Below, piece by piece: positions 9,568-21,700 of a stretch of 64,000 bases of DNA. Origin of the DNA: Eledone cirrhosa. Taxonomy: Eukaryota. The notes below the pieces were generated by a model that saw nothing but the letters and a program-made list of their open reading frames with translations, had not been told where the DNA came from and made no database searches. Position 1 is the stretch's first letter. Every line of letters begins with the position of its first letter. Position numbers and translations under genes: made by a program. The stretch lies in contig OZ024740.1 of assembly GCA_964016885.1 (NCBI GenBank), positions 13,330,001 to 13,394,000 on the forward strand. Direction: 5' to 3'.

Positions 9568-12500
9568 ATGGCTAGTTTACGAGTTGGAAGCGTGAATGTG
9601 CGTGGCCTAAATAGGGCCAACTTTTATACGACCTTAGGTCACACGATATGGATGTGATAACCATCACCGAGTCCAGGATCCACAACAGGCAGCAACTAAC
9701 CCCCATCTTCAACGACTTTGAGATCTACGCATCTCTCTGTCAGCCAGGAGGTGGAGGAGGAGTGACTGTCATGTTTCGGAAGAACCTGGACGTCGAAGTA
9801 CAGAAAGTACACTTGGACCCAGACGGTAGACTGGTAGTTCTAGACGTGAACAGTATTGGAGGTGGAGCCTTTAGACTGGTGGCCGTTTATGCCCCGACCG
9901 GGCAATCGCAATCACGGCCAGACTTCTTTAAGCGTCTAGAGTCTTTTCTGGGAACATCTCGCTCCTTACTTTTAGTGGGGGACTGGAATGGTATCCTAGA
10001 TGCACGATAGGACTATGTGGGAGCATGTCCCAGTAGAGGGGGGTGCAACAGCCTCAAAACTTTAATCGGCCAATTCCAACTGGCCGATAAGTATCAAATG
10101 GATTTCCCGACAGCACCACAGTGGACGTGGGCAAACCGCAGCGGGACATCTAGATCGTATTTAGATAGGTTCTTCATTAGAGAAAGGGACAAGGAGATGT
10201 TAAGTTGTCCACGAATGCACTGGTTGCCTACTCAGATCACGAATTAGTCGCCTGATTCGTCAACCGTGATAGAATACATAGACAGGGACCCGGATACTGG
10301 AAGCTGAACGTGTCGTTGCCGGCACGTAAAGCTTACAGTGAACGGATAAGTAGACTAGACAAGCAACAGTTAACGGGAGCCATCGTCAACAATAGATGGT
10401 GGTACTCTCTCAAGAAAGCAATTAGAGTACAATCGATAGGGTTTAGCAAAGAGTTAGCCTTGGAGAAAAACAAAATAGAAAGAGAACTAGTAGCCAAGGT
10501 AGAGGAGGCACTTAGAAGTGGCAACGCGGCTAGAGTGTTAGCGTCGAGAACGGCACTAGACCAGTTCTTCGACGTGAAACACGAAGGCTGCATGGTCAGA
10601 AGCAAAACACGTACTCTAGGAAACGAAGGAGCGAAAGCTGTCAGCTGGGCCTGAGTGGCGGAGGCAAAAAGTGGCAACAAGTCTACGATTCGGTCTTTGA
10701 AAGACCAAAACGGACGCGTGCTACTTGACGCCAAGCAAATGTGCGCGGCCTTTCAGCAGCACTTTGCGCGACTGTTTGAGCAGAACGACGGTGAGCCGAA
10801 CGGGGCAATGGACTTTAGTTCATACCTCGACGGCCTGCCGCGTCTCTCGAACACGGACGCCGAGTTCTGCGAAAGACCCATCACGGACACTGAGTTACGG
10901 GACGCTCTGGGCCGCTGCGGGAAACGCAAGTCACCAGCTCTAGATGGTCTAACCTATGAGTTTTACATAGGCATGCTGGACTTGTTCTCTGGCGTCCTCG
11001 TAGCCGTCTACTGCAATTGGCAGCAGAACGGGAGAATTCCCAGTTCTGCAGGAAAGGGCGTAGTAACGCTGATCAGGAAAGACGAGAACAAGGGGGACGA
11101 AATTAACAACTTCAGGCCCATAACTCTGCTTAACACAGAGTTAAAGATTTTGGCCAAGGTGCTAGCGACGAGGTTGGCGCTTGTCGTCGAGAACCTGGTA
11201 GGGAAAGTGCAAACGTGTGCAATCCCGACCAGGTTCATACACGACAACCTCCACCTCATGCGATACATCATAGAGAGGGTGGGTAGTAAACCCGGCTTCG
11301 GTGGGGCTGTGATCAATTTGGATCAGTCTAAGGCATTCGATAGGGTCGACCATCGATACTTGGAAGCGGTTCTCAAGGCGGCCGGTTTCGGTCCCGTGTT
11401 CAGAGGATGGATCGAGGCGATGCACACCAGCATCTGCTCGAGGGTCAAGGTGAACGGCTACCTATCGGAGCCGTTCGCAATCACGCGTTCTATTCGACAA
11501 GGATGCCCTCTCTCCTCCATTCTGTATGTATTGACTCTAGAGCCACTACTGCGGAAATTGGAGCTGTTGCAGGGCATCCCTCTAGAACCTGGACTGCGCA
11601 AAGCGGCGTCGGCTTATGCCGTCGATGTGACGGTAATGGTGTCGAGCACCTCGGAAATCGGGGTGATCGGCAACTTACTGAAAGAATACAAAACGCTGAT
11701 GAGAGCAAAACTGAACCCGGACAAGTCTGTCGGTTTGCAACTCGGTACGTGGAGAGGCAAACCGATGACGTCCGACAGCGTCGTCAGACGCTGGACGGAC
11801 GGACCGGTGAAATTGCTCGGGGTCTGGTTCGGTCCAGATATCCAGGTGGAGAAAAACTGGAACGAGGTCACGGCGAAGGTGTTTGCACTCACCCAGAAGT
11901 GGGTAGAGTGCAAACTGTCCTTGAAAGGTCGAGCGGAGGTGGCGAACACTTTCATAGCGTCCGTCATCTACTACCGCTTGACTGTCGTGCCTTGTCCCAG
12001 TGAACACCTCGTCAAGATGGAACACATGCTCTTCTAGTTTCTGTGGAAGAAGCAGACTCCGCTGGCGAGGAGATCCGTCTGCTGTCAGCACCCTTCCAAC
12101 GGAGGGCTGGGAATGCCGTGGCTGATGATGCGCAAACATGCGCTGAGGCTGAGGCATCTCCAGGTATTCCTCACCGACCCCCAACCGGTGTGGGCACCGT
12201 TTGTGAGACAGGCTTTCCCACAGATCGTCTCGCTGACGGAACTGCAGTCCTGAGTCAAGAAAAGACAGAAAACGATGGGCGCCTGGCACATTGAATGCGA
12301 TCAGGCGCTCACAGTCATCTGGCAAGCGGGCACAGCAATCAGTGGAGACTCCACTTCGACATTCTATAGAGGGATTGCACGTTACAAGGGCGACGATGCT
12401 CGGAGAGACTCTAGGCGTCGACGATGATGAGCTCACCAGTCTGTTTGGTAGGACTTTCCGCCCGGGACCTATGGACAACTTCCAGAGGTCCCTGGCCTGG

Positions 12501-12998
12501 CAGTGCTACCGAGGAGCTCTACCGGTTCGTGACAAGATCCACAGGCACGGACGCCGCGGCAGGGATCCTTCCGAGAGGACGTGTCCAAGACGTGCGCAGG
12601 ACATTGAAACAGTCCTGCGCACAATTGTACACTGCCCGGGCGTAACCGACCTGTGGAACTCTGCAGAACAACTGCTGTCGCGTATGGGACAAATCCAGTT
12701 GACTGCCGAGTCCATAGTAAGGATCAAACCGCCAGCCTCTTTCAAAAAGGAAAGAGAGGCGGTTTTCCTCTGTACAGTGGCTATGGTGAAAGAAGTTATA
12801 TGGTGGACGAGGTTGAGAGGACTAAGGACAGATGCCTTTCTCTCCGGACAACAATTGATTCCCTTCTTTAAGTATCACTTTAGAAGGAGAATCAGAGTGG
12901 AGAGAGTGGCACTGTACCCCAGTAAATTTACTGAAAGGTGGGTGAATGAAGCGAAAATGGCCCGAGCGATTGGGCCTTCTCTGTTTATAAGCCTGTAG
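9568..12998 (+). pseudogene. LINE ORF2 (APE endonuclease, RT, C-terminal Cys/His domain), disrupted
   Basis: SVNVRGL, GDWN, YLDRF, GPGYWKLN, FRPITLLN, LDQSKAFDRV, RQGCPLS; catalytic YADD changed to YAVD (11615-11626); C-terminal TCPR...ETV...VHCP; several stops and frameshifts. Confidence 0.92.
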
Positions 12999-13321
12999 GT
13001 TGAAGAAGAGAGCAGAAGGAAGAAAGGAGCACTTGCACAACACGCTCCTGGAGTTGAGGGTTGTTCTATTGTCGGGGTATTAAACAACCCATTTGTGGCG
13101 CCTCCCCCTATTGGGGATTTCGATTGTTGTAATTGTTTGTTTTTATATTTTTTACACGACTGTATGTAAAAACCCCGACATGTCTTTGTATTGTCCCTTT
13201 TCTTGTGCGCCCTTGTGGCTAATAAAGAAATATATCTATCTATCTATCTATCTCTCTATACATGTAAGCAAAGTGATATTTAATATCCAGGTAAAACTTG
13301 AACCGTCAAAAAAAAGTTCTG

Positions 13322-13382
13322 TATTTTATCTGATGAGAGCGTACCAAAGTTTTGGTACCCTTGAAATATATATAATAGAATA
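13322..13382 (+). ncRNA. Minimal type I hammerhead ribozyme (family B, copy 1)
   Basis: Stem I TATTTTAT/ATAGAATA; CTGATGA 13330-13336; stem II GAG-GTACCAAA/TTTGGTAC-CTT; GAAA 13363-13366; palindromic TATATA stem III; cleavage triplet ATA. Confidence 0.82.
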
Positions 13383-13471
13383 AATATGGTTTTATAAATA
13401 TAGTTTCCATTTATTAATATCATTGATATCTATACATGTATATATATATATATATATATATCTATACATAC

Positions 13472-13508
<37 letters not shown>

Positions 13509-14207
13509 GACCTCTTCCTCGCACTTCCACTCACTCACTCTCTGTTTCTCCCCTTCTCACTTCCCCCCGTCCGCTACGAACCCGATTTTCCTTCTTTCTT
13601 ACATCGGATTCACTAGCGGAAGGTCTGTTTCTTACTCGCACATGTATTCACCCAGCTTATACTGACAGAATAACCATGTTGCTTGTGTTTATTTCTATCT
13701 TCGGTTAGCTTTCCCCTGTGTTGTTTACTTGTCTCACTCGCTTTACGCGTTTCAATTGTCCTAGTAACTTATTTTAGTTATTAACGCACCAACGTGAGGT
13801 ATATGATTTTTAATGCGATGAAATACCAATGATCGTTGGCAAATCACTGATGAGGGACTCATTTTATAACATGTAATCCATGTGCAACCATCCAGTATTC
13901 TTCTCCCCATAATTTTCATATATATATATATATATATATATGACTCTCCTCTGTCTCTCTGTCTGTCTGTCTGCCTGTCTATCTGTCAGCCTGTCAGCCT
14001 GTCAGTCTCCCAGTCAGCCACACCCCCACTCCTCTCCCTCTATGTATACATTATTCATTGGGGGAACAACAAGAATGGCAAAAGTGGGCGAGGTTGTAGG
14101 TGAAACGTGAATTGTTGTCAGTCAGAATGGCGGAGTGTTGTGCTGACTGCACACAGGACATAACTGAATGTCGCCAGATGAAACTGTCCACACACACACA
14201 CACACAC

Positions 14208-14269
<62 letters not shown>

Positions 14270-15044
14270 TCTCCTTCTGTATATATATATATATATATAT
14301 TTATTATTATGTAATAAACAACATAAGGCAATTATTCCATTTACCAGTGGTTTCTTAAAAGCAAAAGGTTTTGCTTTCAATCCTCAGAATGAAAAAATCC
14401 TGGTTTGTTTATTGAATTTGGATCTTAAAAACAAAAAAAGCAAGCTATATGAAAGTGAGGCTGGAGAAGGGAGAAGGAAAGGAAAAATAAAATAAGACTA
14501 CACATACAACCACACATACACGAAAAAACATAAAAGCACACACACACACACACACACGCACACACACACATACACACACACGCATACACACACACGTTAT
14601 TCCGGTTTGAATCGGAGGCAGCCACAGTAAGCAAGGCACTCAGTACACCGCAGAGCATGAAGGTTATAATACAGATGAGAATCTGTGTATGTATACAAAC
14701 ACATACATACACACACACACACACACACACGCATGTGCATGCGCGCACGCACGCACGCGTATACAAATATAAATATATTTCCCCCATACACATGTGTGTG
14801 CGTGCATGCGCGCATACGCGCATGCGTACGCGTGCCCATGGGTGCGCGCGAGTGTATGTGGGTATGTTCTGTTGAAAGTGTCTCGTGAATTTATGGCTAC
14901 AGTTGTATAGATTATACTTAGAAATTGTCTCCAGAATTCCCTAAACCTTCGTCAATTTACTAGAACCTTTAAGAATTTAGCTTTTAAGGAATCTCCCCTT
15001 TCTCCAAATCTATCTACCATGACTGACCCCATACTGATCTTACA

Positions 15045-15410
<366 letters not shown>

Positions 15411-15563
15411 AAGAAATAGCAATAGAAGCCAGGACTATCCAACATCAGTAGTGTACCAGCCATCATAGGTATTTCTTCACATTACAGACCAGATACCTCC
15501 GACTAGGGCAATACAATAACTAAATTATTGGGATAAAAAGAGTTGGGTGGAGAAAGAGAGATA

Positions 15564-15638
<75 letters not shown>

Positions 15639-15704
15639 GATCGAGTATCGAAAAATCGGCGCACGAGTTCACGATAAACGAGACAGCACAACAGAAGAGG
15701 CGGA

Positions 15705-16323
15705 TACAGCAATGAAGAGGCGGATTTTCAGGTCTCTACGAAGGTCCGACTTCCACACCGATCTCAAGCTGTGGCACGCCGCCCAGGCCTTGCTCTTCCT
15801 CTCAACCACATCATCTTCCGTATTCCCAATTTTTGCTCCCAAATACAGGAAGTCCTCAACCAATTCCAGCGGCTTCCCGCCTACATTGCTGTAGTGGAGT
15901 CTGTGCTGCTGTATGGGTCTGAGACTTGGACACTGACCAAGAAACTCACTCAGATGGTGGATGGGTGCTACACAAGAATGCTGAGGATGGCTCTGAACAT
16001 TAATCAGTATACACTGAGGATGAAAAACTCAGAGCTGTATGGGAGCATCCCAAAAGTCAGCTCAAAAGTGACACAGAGGAGACTGAGGTTAGCTGGACAT
16101 GCTCACCGACATCCAGAGTTGACATTGCACTCAGTACTCCTTTGGGAGCCCCTACATGGACACACTAGAAGAGGAAGACAAAGGTTAAGGTATGTTGATG
16201 CCCTAAGGACAAACACTGGTCTGTTGGAGACGCAGGACATGGCAGCGATAATGAGGGACAGAGACCGCTGGAGATAACTCGTCTATGGATCTCGGGAATT
16301 TCACCCGCCTTAGATAGATAGAT
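15705..16323 (+). mobile_element. 5'-truncated RTE/RTE-X-type LINE with 5' inversion
   Basis: The minus-strand segment 15705-15883 (FLYLGAKI...VWKSDLRRDLKIRLFIAV) continues in the plus segment from 15884 (IAVVESVLLYGSETWTLTK...RRLRLAGH...RDRWR). (TAGA)n tail at 16311-16323. Confidence 0.88.
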
Positions 16324-16325
16324 AT

Positions 16326-16377
<52 letters not shown>

Positions 16378-16414
16378 GTATATATATATATATATATACA
16401 TACATATATATATA

Positions 16415-16504
<90 letters not shown>

Positions 16505-16517
16505 CACACACACACAC

Positions 16518-16550
<33 letters not shown>

Positions 16551-16555
16551 CATGC

Positions 16556-16627
<72 letters not shown>

Positions 16628-16629
<2 letters not shown>

Positions 16630-16758
16630 CGAAGAAAATGTGGTAAGGAACCAGGTTGACCATAACGCACCAAAGTACTCAATACTTAGGGTAGTAGAGT
16701 GGGTAATAGGAACGAGTAGGACCTCGACGGCTGAGCCGTCGGGGTCCTACTCGTTCCT
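16628..16758 (-). mobile_element. Short PLE-terminus-like remnant with a 24-bp inverted repeat (family C, copy 2)
   Basis: Shares TGTGGTAAGGAACCAG...GTACTCAATACTTAGGGTA with copy 1. Hairpin arms 16708-16731 and 16735-16758; embedded in (TA)n. Confidence 0.65.
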
Positions 16759-16763
16759 TGTAC

Positions 16764-16794
<31 letters not shown>

Positions 16795-16795
16795 C

Positions 16796-16900
<105 letters not shown>

Positions 16901-17241
16901 CACACACACACACACACATATATACAAAATGAAAAATAGCCGAGGTGTCCTACACGAGTGGAAATATAAAGAAAAAAGATGAAATCGAAAATGCAACTGA
17001 AGTGTTATTTTTTTTTTAAATATATATATTTATTTGGTTCCTTTACCGGTTTCGCAGTTCTTCTGCTTTTCAAAAGGTGAGTTGAGATGGAGGGTCTGTG
17101 GTTTTTATACATATACACATATACATATATATACATATATATGCCTATATATACACACACTGACATATATATATATATGTAGACTGACTCTATTCTATTT
17201 CAACTACCACTAATGAGACCTTCCGACCGATGGCATTGACC

Positions 17242-17697
17242 TGGTGTGTGTTGGTGTGTGTTGGTGTGTGTTGGTGTGTGTGTTGGTGTGTGTGTTGGTG
17301 TGTGTTGGTGTGTCTTGGTGTGTCTTGGTGTGTCTTGGTGTGTCTTGGTGTGTGTTGGTGTGTGTTGGTGTGTGTTGGTGTGTGTGTTGGTGTGTGTTGG
17401 TGTGTTGGTGTGTGTGTTGGTGTGTCTGTGTTGGTGTGTGTGTTGGTGTGTGTCTTGGTGTGTGTTGGTGTGTCTTGGTGTGTCTTGGTGTGTGTTGGTG
17501 TGTGTTGGTGTGTGTTGGTGTGTGTGTTGGTGTGTGTTGGTGTGTTGGTGTGTCTTGGTGTGTGTTGGTGTGTGTTGGTGTATTGGTGTGTGTTGGTGTG
17601 TGTTGGTTTGTGCTGGTGTGTGTTGGTGTGTGTTGGTCTGTTGGTGTGTGTGTTGGTGTGTTGGTGTGTTGGTGTTGGTGTGTGTTGGTGGGCGTGT
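17242..17697. repeat. GT-rich short-period satellite (TTGGTGTGTG-type, 8-12 bp units)
   Basis: Directly visible. Confidence 0.95.
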
Positions 17698-17699
17698 TG

Positions 17700-17886
17700 A
17701 TAAAGTTGTTTGTGAAAGACCAGCAGTCACCCATACCAGTCTCCCCTATCCACGCCACCAGTGTTGTACAAGGGAAAGTCAATGGCTGACACAGCTTGGC
17801 ACCAGTGACGTCACAACATATTTCTACAGCTGAGTAAACTGGAGCAACGTGAAATAAAGTGTCTTGCTCAAGGATACAACGCATCA
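17700..17886 (-). mobile_element. SINE fragment with a CORE-like central motif
   Basis: Minus strand reads GTTGTATCCTTGAGCAAGACACTTTATTTCAC...GCTCCAGTTTACTCAGCTG, resembling the CORE-type SINE consensus as recalled. Confidence 0.6.
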
Positions 17887-18025
17887 CGTATATGCCAATA
17901 TCAGACGCAGACTTTTTGGAATGTTTTACATATTTTTACTCTTCCATTAATGGATTGTCCTTGGAATTTCCTAGCTAGTCATGTTCTTTCTGTTCCTGTG
18001 AAGCCCAACTTCTCAAGATTTCCGA

Positions 18026-18267
18026 GTATGTATGTATGTATGTATGTATGTATGTATGTATGTATGTATGTATGTATGTGTGTGAGTATGTATGTATGTA
18101 TGTATGTATGTATGTATGTATGTATGTATGTATGTATGTGTGTGAGTATGTATGTATGTGTGTGAGTATGTATGTATGTATGTGTGTGTATGTATATATG
18201 TATGTATGTATGTGTGTAAGTATGTGTGTATGTATGTGTCTCTGCATGTATGCGTATGTATGTATGA

Positions 18268-18300
<33 letters not shown>

Positions 18301-18453
18301 CATATACACATATATTGATATATGTATACATATATATATATGTATATATATGTATATATATATGTATATATATGTATGTGTATATATGTATATATATATG
18401 TTTATATATATATGTATATATATGTATTTATGTATATATATATATATATACAT

Positions 18454-18499
<46 letters not shown>

Positions 18500-18568
18500 A
18501 TGTATACATGTACATACACATATAAACATGCATATATAAGTGTGTATATATACATGTATATATGTGTG
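18026..18568. repeat. (TATG)n/(TA)n compound microsatellite
   Basis: Directly visible. Confidence 0.95.
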
Positions 18569-18743
18569 ATAATTAATGAGATCTGTTCATTAGTTACAGG
18601 TGCAGCAGTTATACATCAATCATCTTCAACACAGATTCTCGTTGATTCTGGAACATCCCCACAGGACGACAGACCGCCCCCTCTCGCCTCCATCTCCCTC
18701 CTCCTACTCCCTCTCCTCATCCACTTCACCCTCCACTTCTTCT

Positions 18744-21700
18744 TGTTGGTGTGTGTGTTGGTGTGTGTGTGTGTTGGTGTGTGTGTTAGTGTGTGTGTTG
18801 GTGTGTGTGTTGGTGTGTGTGTGTTGGTGTGTGTGTTAGTGTGTGTGTTGGTGTGTGTGTTGGTGTGTGTGTGTTGGTGTGTGTGTTGGTGTGTGTGTTG
18901 GTGTGTGTGTTGGTGCGTGTGTTGGTGTGTGTGTTGGTCTGTGTGTTGGTGTGTGTGTCGGTCTGTGTGTTGGTGTGTCTGTGTTGGTGTGTGTGTTGGT
19001 GTGTCTGTGCTGGTGTGTGTGTCGGTGTGTGTGTTAGTGTGCGTGTTGGTGTGTGTGTTGGCGTGTGTGTCGGTGTGTGTGTTGGTGTGCGTGTTGGTGT
19101 GTGTGTTGGTGTGTGTGTTGGTGTGTGTGTTGGTGTGTGTGTTGGTGTGTGTGTTGGTGTGTGTGTTGGTGTGTGTGTTGGTGTGTGTGTTGGTGTGTGT
19201 GTTGGTGTGTGTGTTGGTGTGTGTGTGTTGGTGTGTGTGTTGGTGTGTGTGTTGGTGTGTGTGTTAGTGTGTGTTAGTGTGTGTATGTGTTGGTGTGTGT
19301 GTTGGTGTGTGTGTTGGTGTGTGTGTTGGTGTGTGTGTTGGTGTGTGTGTTGGCGTGTGTGTTGGTGTGTCTGTGTTGGTGTGTGTGTTAGTGTGTGTGT
19401 TGGTGTGTGTGTTGGTGTGTGTGTTGGTGTGTGTGTTGGTGTGTGTGTTAGTGTGTGTGTTGGTGTGTGTGTTGGTGTGTGTGTGTTGGTGTGTGTGTTG
19501 GTGTGTGTGTTAGTGTGTGTGTTGGTGTGTGTGTTGGTGTGTGTGTTAGTGTGTGTGTTGGTGTGTCTGTGTTGGTGTGTGTGTTGGTGTGTGTGTTGGC
19601 GTGTGTGTTGGTGTGTCTGTGTTGGTGTGTGTGTCGGTGTGTGTGTTGGTGTGCGTGTTGGTGTGTGTGTTGGTGTGTGTGTTAGTGTGTGTGTTGGTGT
19701 GTGTGTTGGTGTGTGTGTGTTGGTGTGTGTGTTAGTGTGTGTGTTGGTGTGTCTGTGTTGGTGTGTGTGTTGGTGTGTGTGTTGGTGTGCGTGTTGGTGT
19801 GTGTGTTAGTGTGTGTGTTGGTGTGTGTGTTGGTGTGTGTGTTGGTGTGTGTATGTGTTGGTGTGTGTGTTGGTGTGTGTGTGTTGGTGTGTGTGTTGGT
19901 GTGTGTGTTTTTGTGTGTGTTGGTGTGTGTGTGTTGGTGTGTGTGTTGGTGTGTGTGTTGGTGTGTGTGTTGGCGTGTGTGTGTTGGTGTGTGTGTTGGT
20001 GTGTGTGTTTTTGTGTGTGTTGGTATGTGTGTGTTGGTGTGTGCGTTGGTGTGTGTTGGTGTGTGTGTTGGTGTGTGTGTTGGTGTGTGTGTTGGTGTGT
20101 CTGTGTTGGTGTGTCTGTGTTGGTGTGTGTGTTGGTGTGTGTGTTTGTATATGTGTTGGTGTGTCTGTGTTGGTGTATGTGTTGGTGTGTGTGTTGGTGT
20201 GTGTGTTGGTGTGTGTTGTTGTGTGTGCTGGTGTGTGTGTTGGTGTGTCAGGTGTTTGTGCGCGTGTTGGTGTGTATGTTGGTGTGTGTCTGTGTTGGTG
20301 TGTGTGTTGGTGTGTGTGTTGGTGTGCGTGTTGGTTGGTGTGTTGGTGTGTGTGTTGGTGTGTGTGTTGGTGTGTGTGTTGGTGTGTGTGTGTGTTGGTG
20401 TGTGTGTTGGTGTGTGTGTTGGTGTGTGTGCTGGTGTGTGTGTTGGTGTGTCTGTGTTGGTGCGTGTGTTGGTGTGTGTGTTGGTGTGTGTGTGTGTTGG
20501 TGTATGTGTTGGTGTGTGTGTTGGCGTGTGTGTTGGTGTGTCTGTGTTGGTGTGTGTGTCGGTGTGTGTGTTGGAGTGCGTGTTGGTGTGTGTGTTGGTG
20601 TGTGTGTTGGTGTGTGTGTTGGTGTGTGTGTTGGTGTGTGTATGTGTTGGTGTGTGTCTTGGTGTGTGTGTTGGTGTGTGTGTTGTTGTGTATGTTGGTG
20701 TGTGTGCTGGTGTGTGTGTTGGCGCGTCTGTGTTGGTGTGTGTGTCCGTGTCTGTGTTGGTGTGCGTGTTGGTGTGTGTGTTGGTGTGTGTGTTGGTGTG
20801 TGTGTTGGTGTGTGTATGTGTTGGCGTGTGTGTTGGTGTGTGTGTTGGTGTGTGTGTTGGTGTGTGTGTTGGTGTGTGTATGTGTTGGCGTGTGTGTTGG
20901 TGTGTGTGTTGGTGTGTGTGTTGGTGTGTGTATGTGTTGGCGTGTGTGTTGGTGTGTGTGTTGGTGTGTGTGTTGGTGTGTGTCTTGGTGTGTGTGTTGG
21001 TGTGTGTGTTGGTGTGTGTGTTGGTGTGTGTGTTGGTGTGTGTATGTGTTGGCGTGTGTGTTGGTGTGTGTGTTGGTGTGTGTGTTGGTGTGTGTGTTGT
21101 TGTGTATGTTGGTGTGTGTCTGTGTTAGTGTGTGTGTTGGTGTGTGTGTTGGTGTGCGTGTTGGTTGGTGTGTTGGTGTGTGTGTTGGTGTGTGTGTTGG
21201 TGTGTGTGTTGGTGTGTGTGTGTGTTGGTGTGTGTGTTGGTGTGTGTGTTGGTGTGTGTGCTGGTGTGTGTGTTGGTGTATGTGTTGGTATGTGTGTTGG
21301 TGTGTGTGTTGGTGTGTCTATGTGTTCGTGTATGTGTTGGTGTGTGTGTTGGTGTGTCTGTGTTGGTGCATGTGTTGGCGTGTGTTGCTGTGTGTGTTGT
21401 TGTGTGTGTTGGTGTGTGAGTTGGTGTGTGTGTTGGTGTGTGTGTTGGTGTGTGTGTTGGTGTGTGTGTGTGTTGATGTGTGTGTTGGTGTGTGTGTTGG
21501 TGTGTGTGCTGGTGTGTGTGTTGGTGTGTCTGTGTTGGTGCGTGTGTTGGTGTGTGTGTTGGCGTGTGTGTGTGTTGGTGTGTGTGTTGGTGTGTGTGTC
21601 GGTGTGTGTGTTGCTGTGCGTGTTGGTGTGTGTGTTGGTGTGTGTGTTGATGTGTGTGTTGGTGTGTGTGTCGGTGTGTGTGTTGGCGTGTATGTTGGTG

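Larger units (their letters stand above)
7480..13230 (+). mobile_element. Near full-length, decayed L1/Tx1-clade LINE
   Basis: 5' UTR with hairpins, ORF1 with a CCHC knuckle, ORF2 APE-RT-Cys domain, 3' UTR with AATAAA at 13221-13226. The 5' boundary is approximate. Confidence 0.9.

Noticed and set aside
13843-13885. CTGATGAGGGA...TCC hammerhead-like start
   Set aside because: No GAAA core or stem III follows; at best a truncated relic.
14055-14700. Short unique islands as host exons
   Set aside because: No recognisable protein similarity or consistent splice-site pairs.
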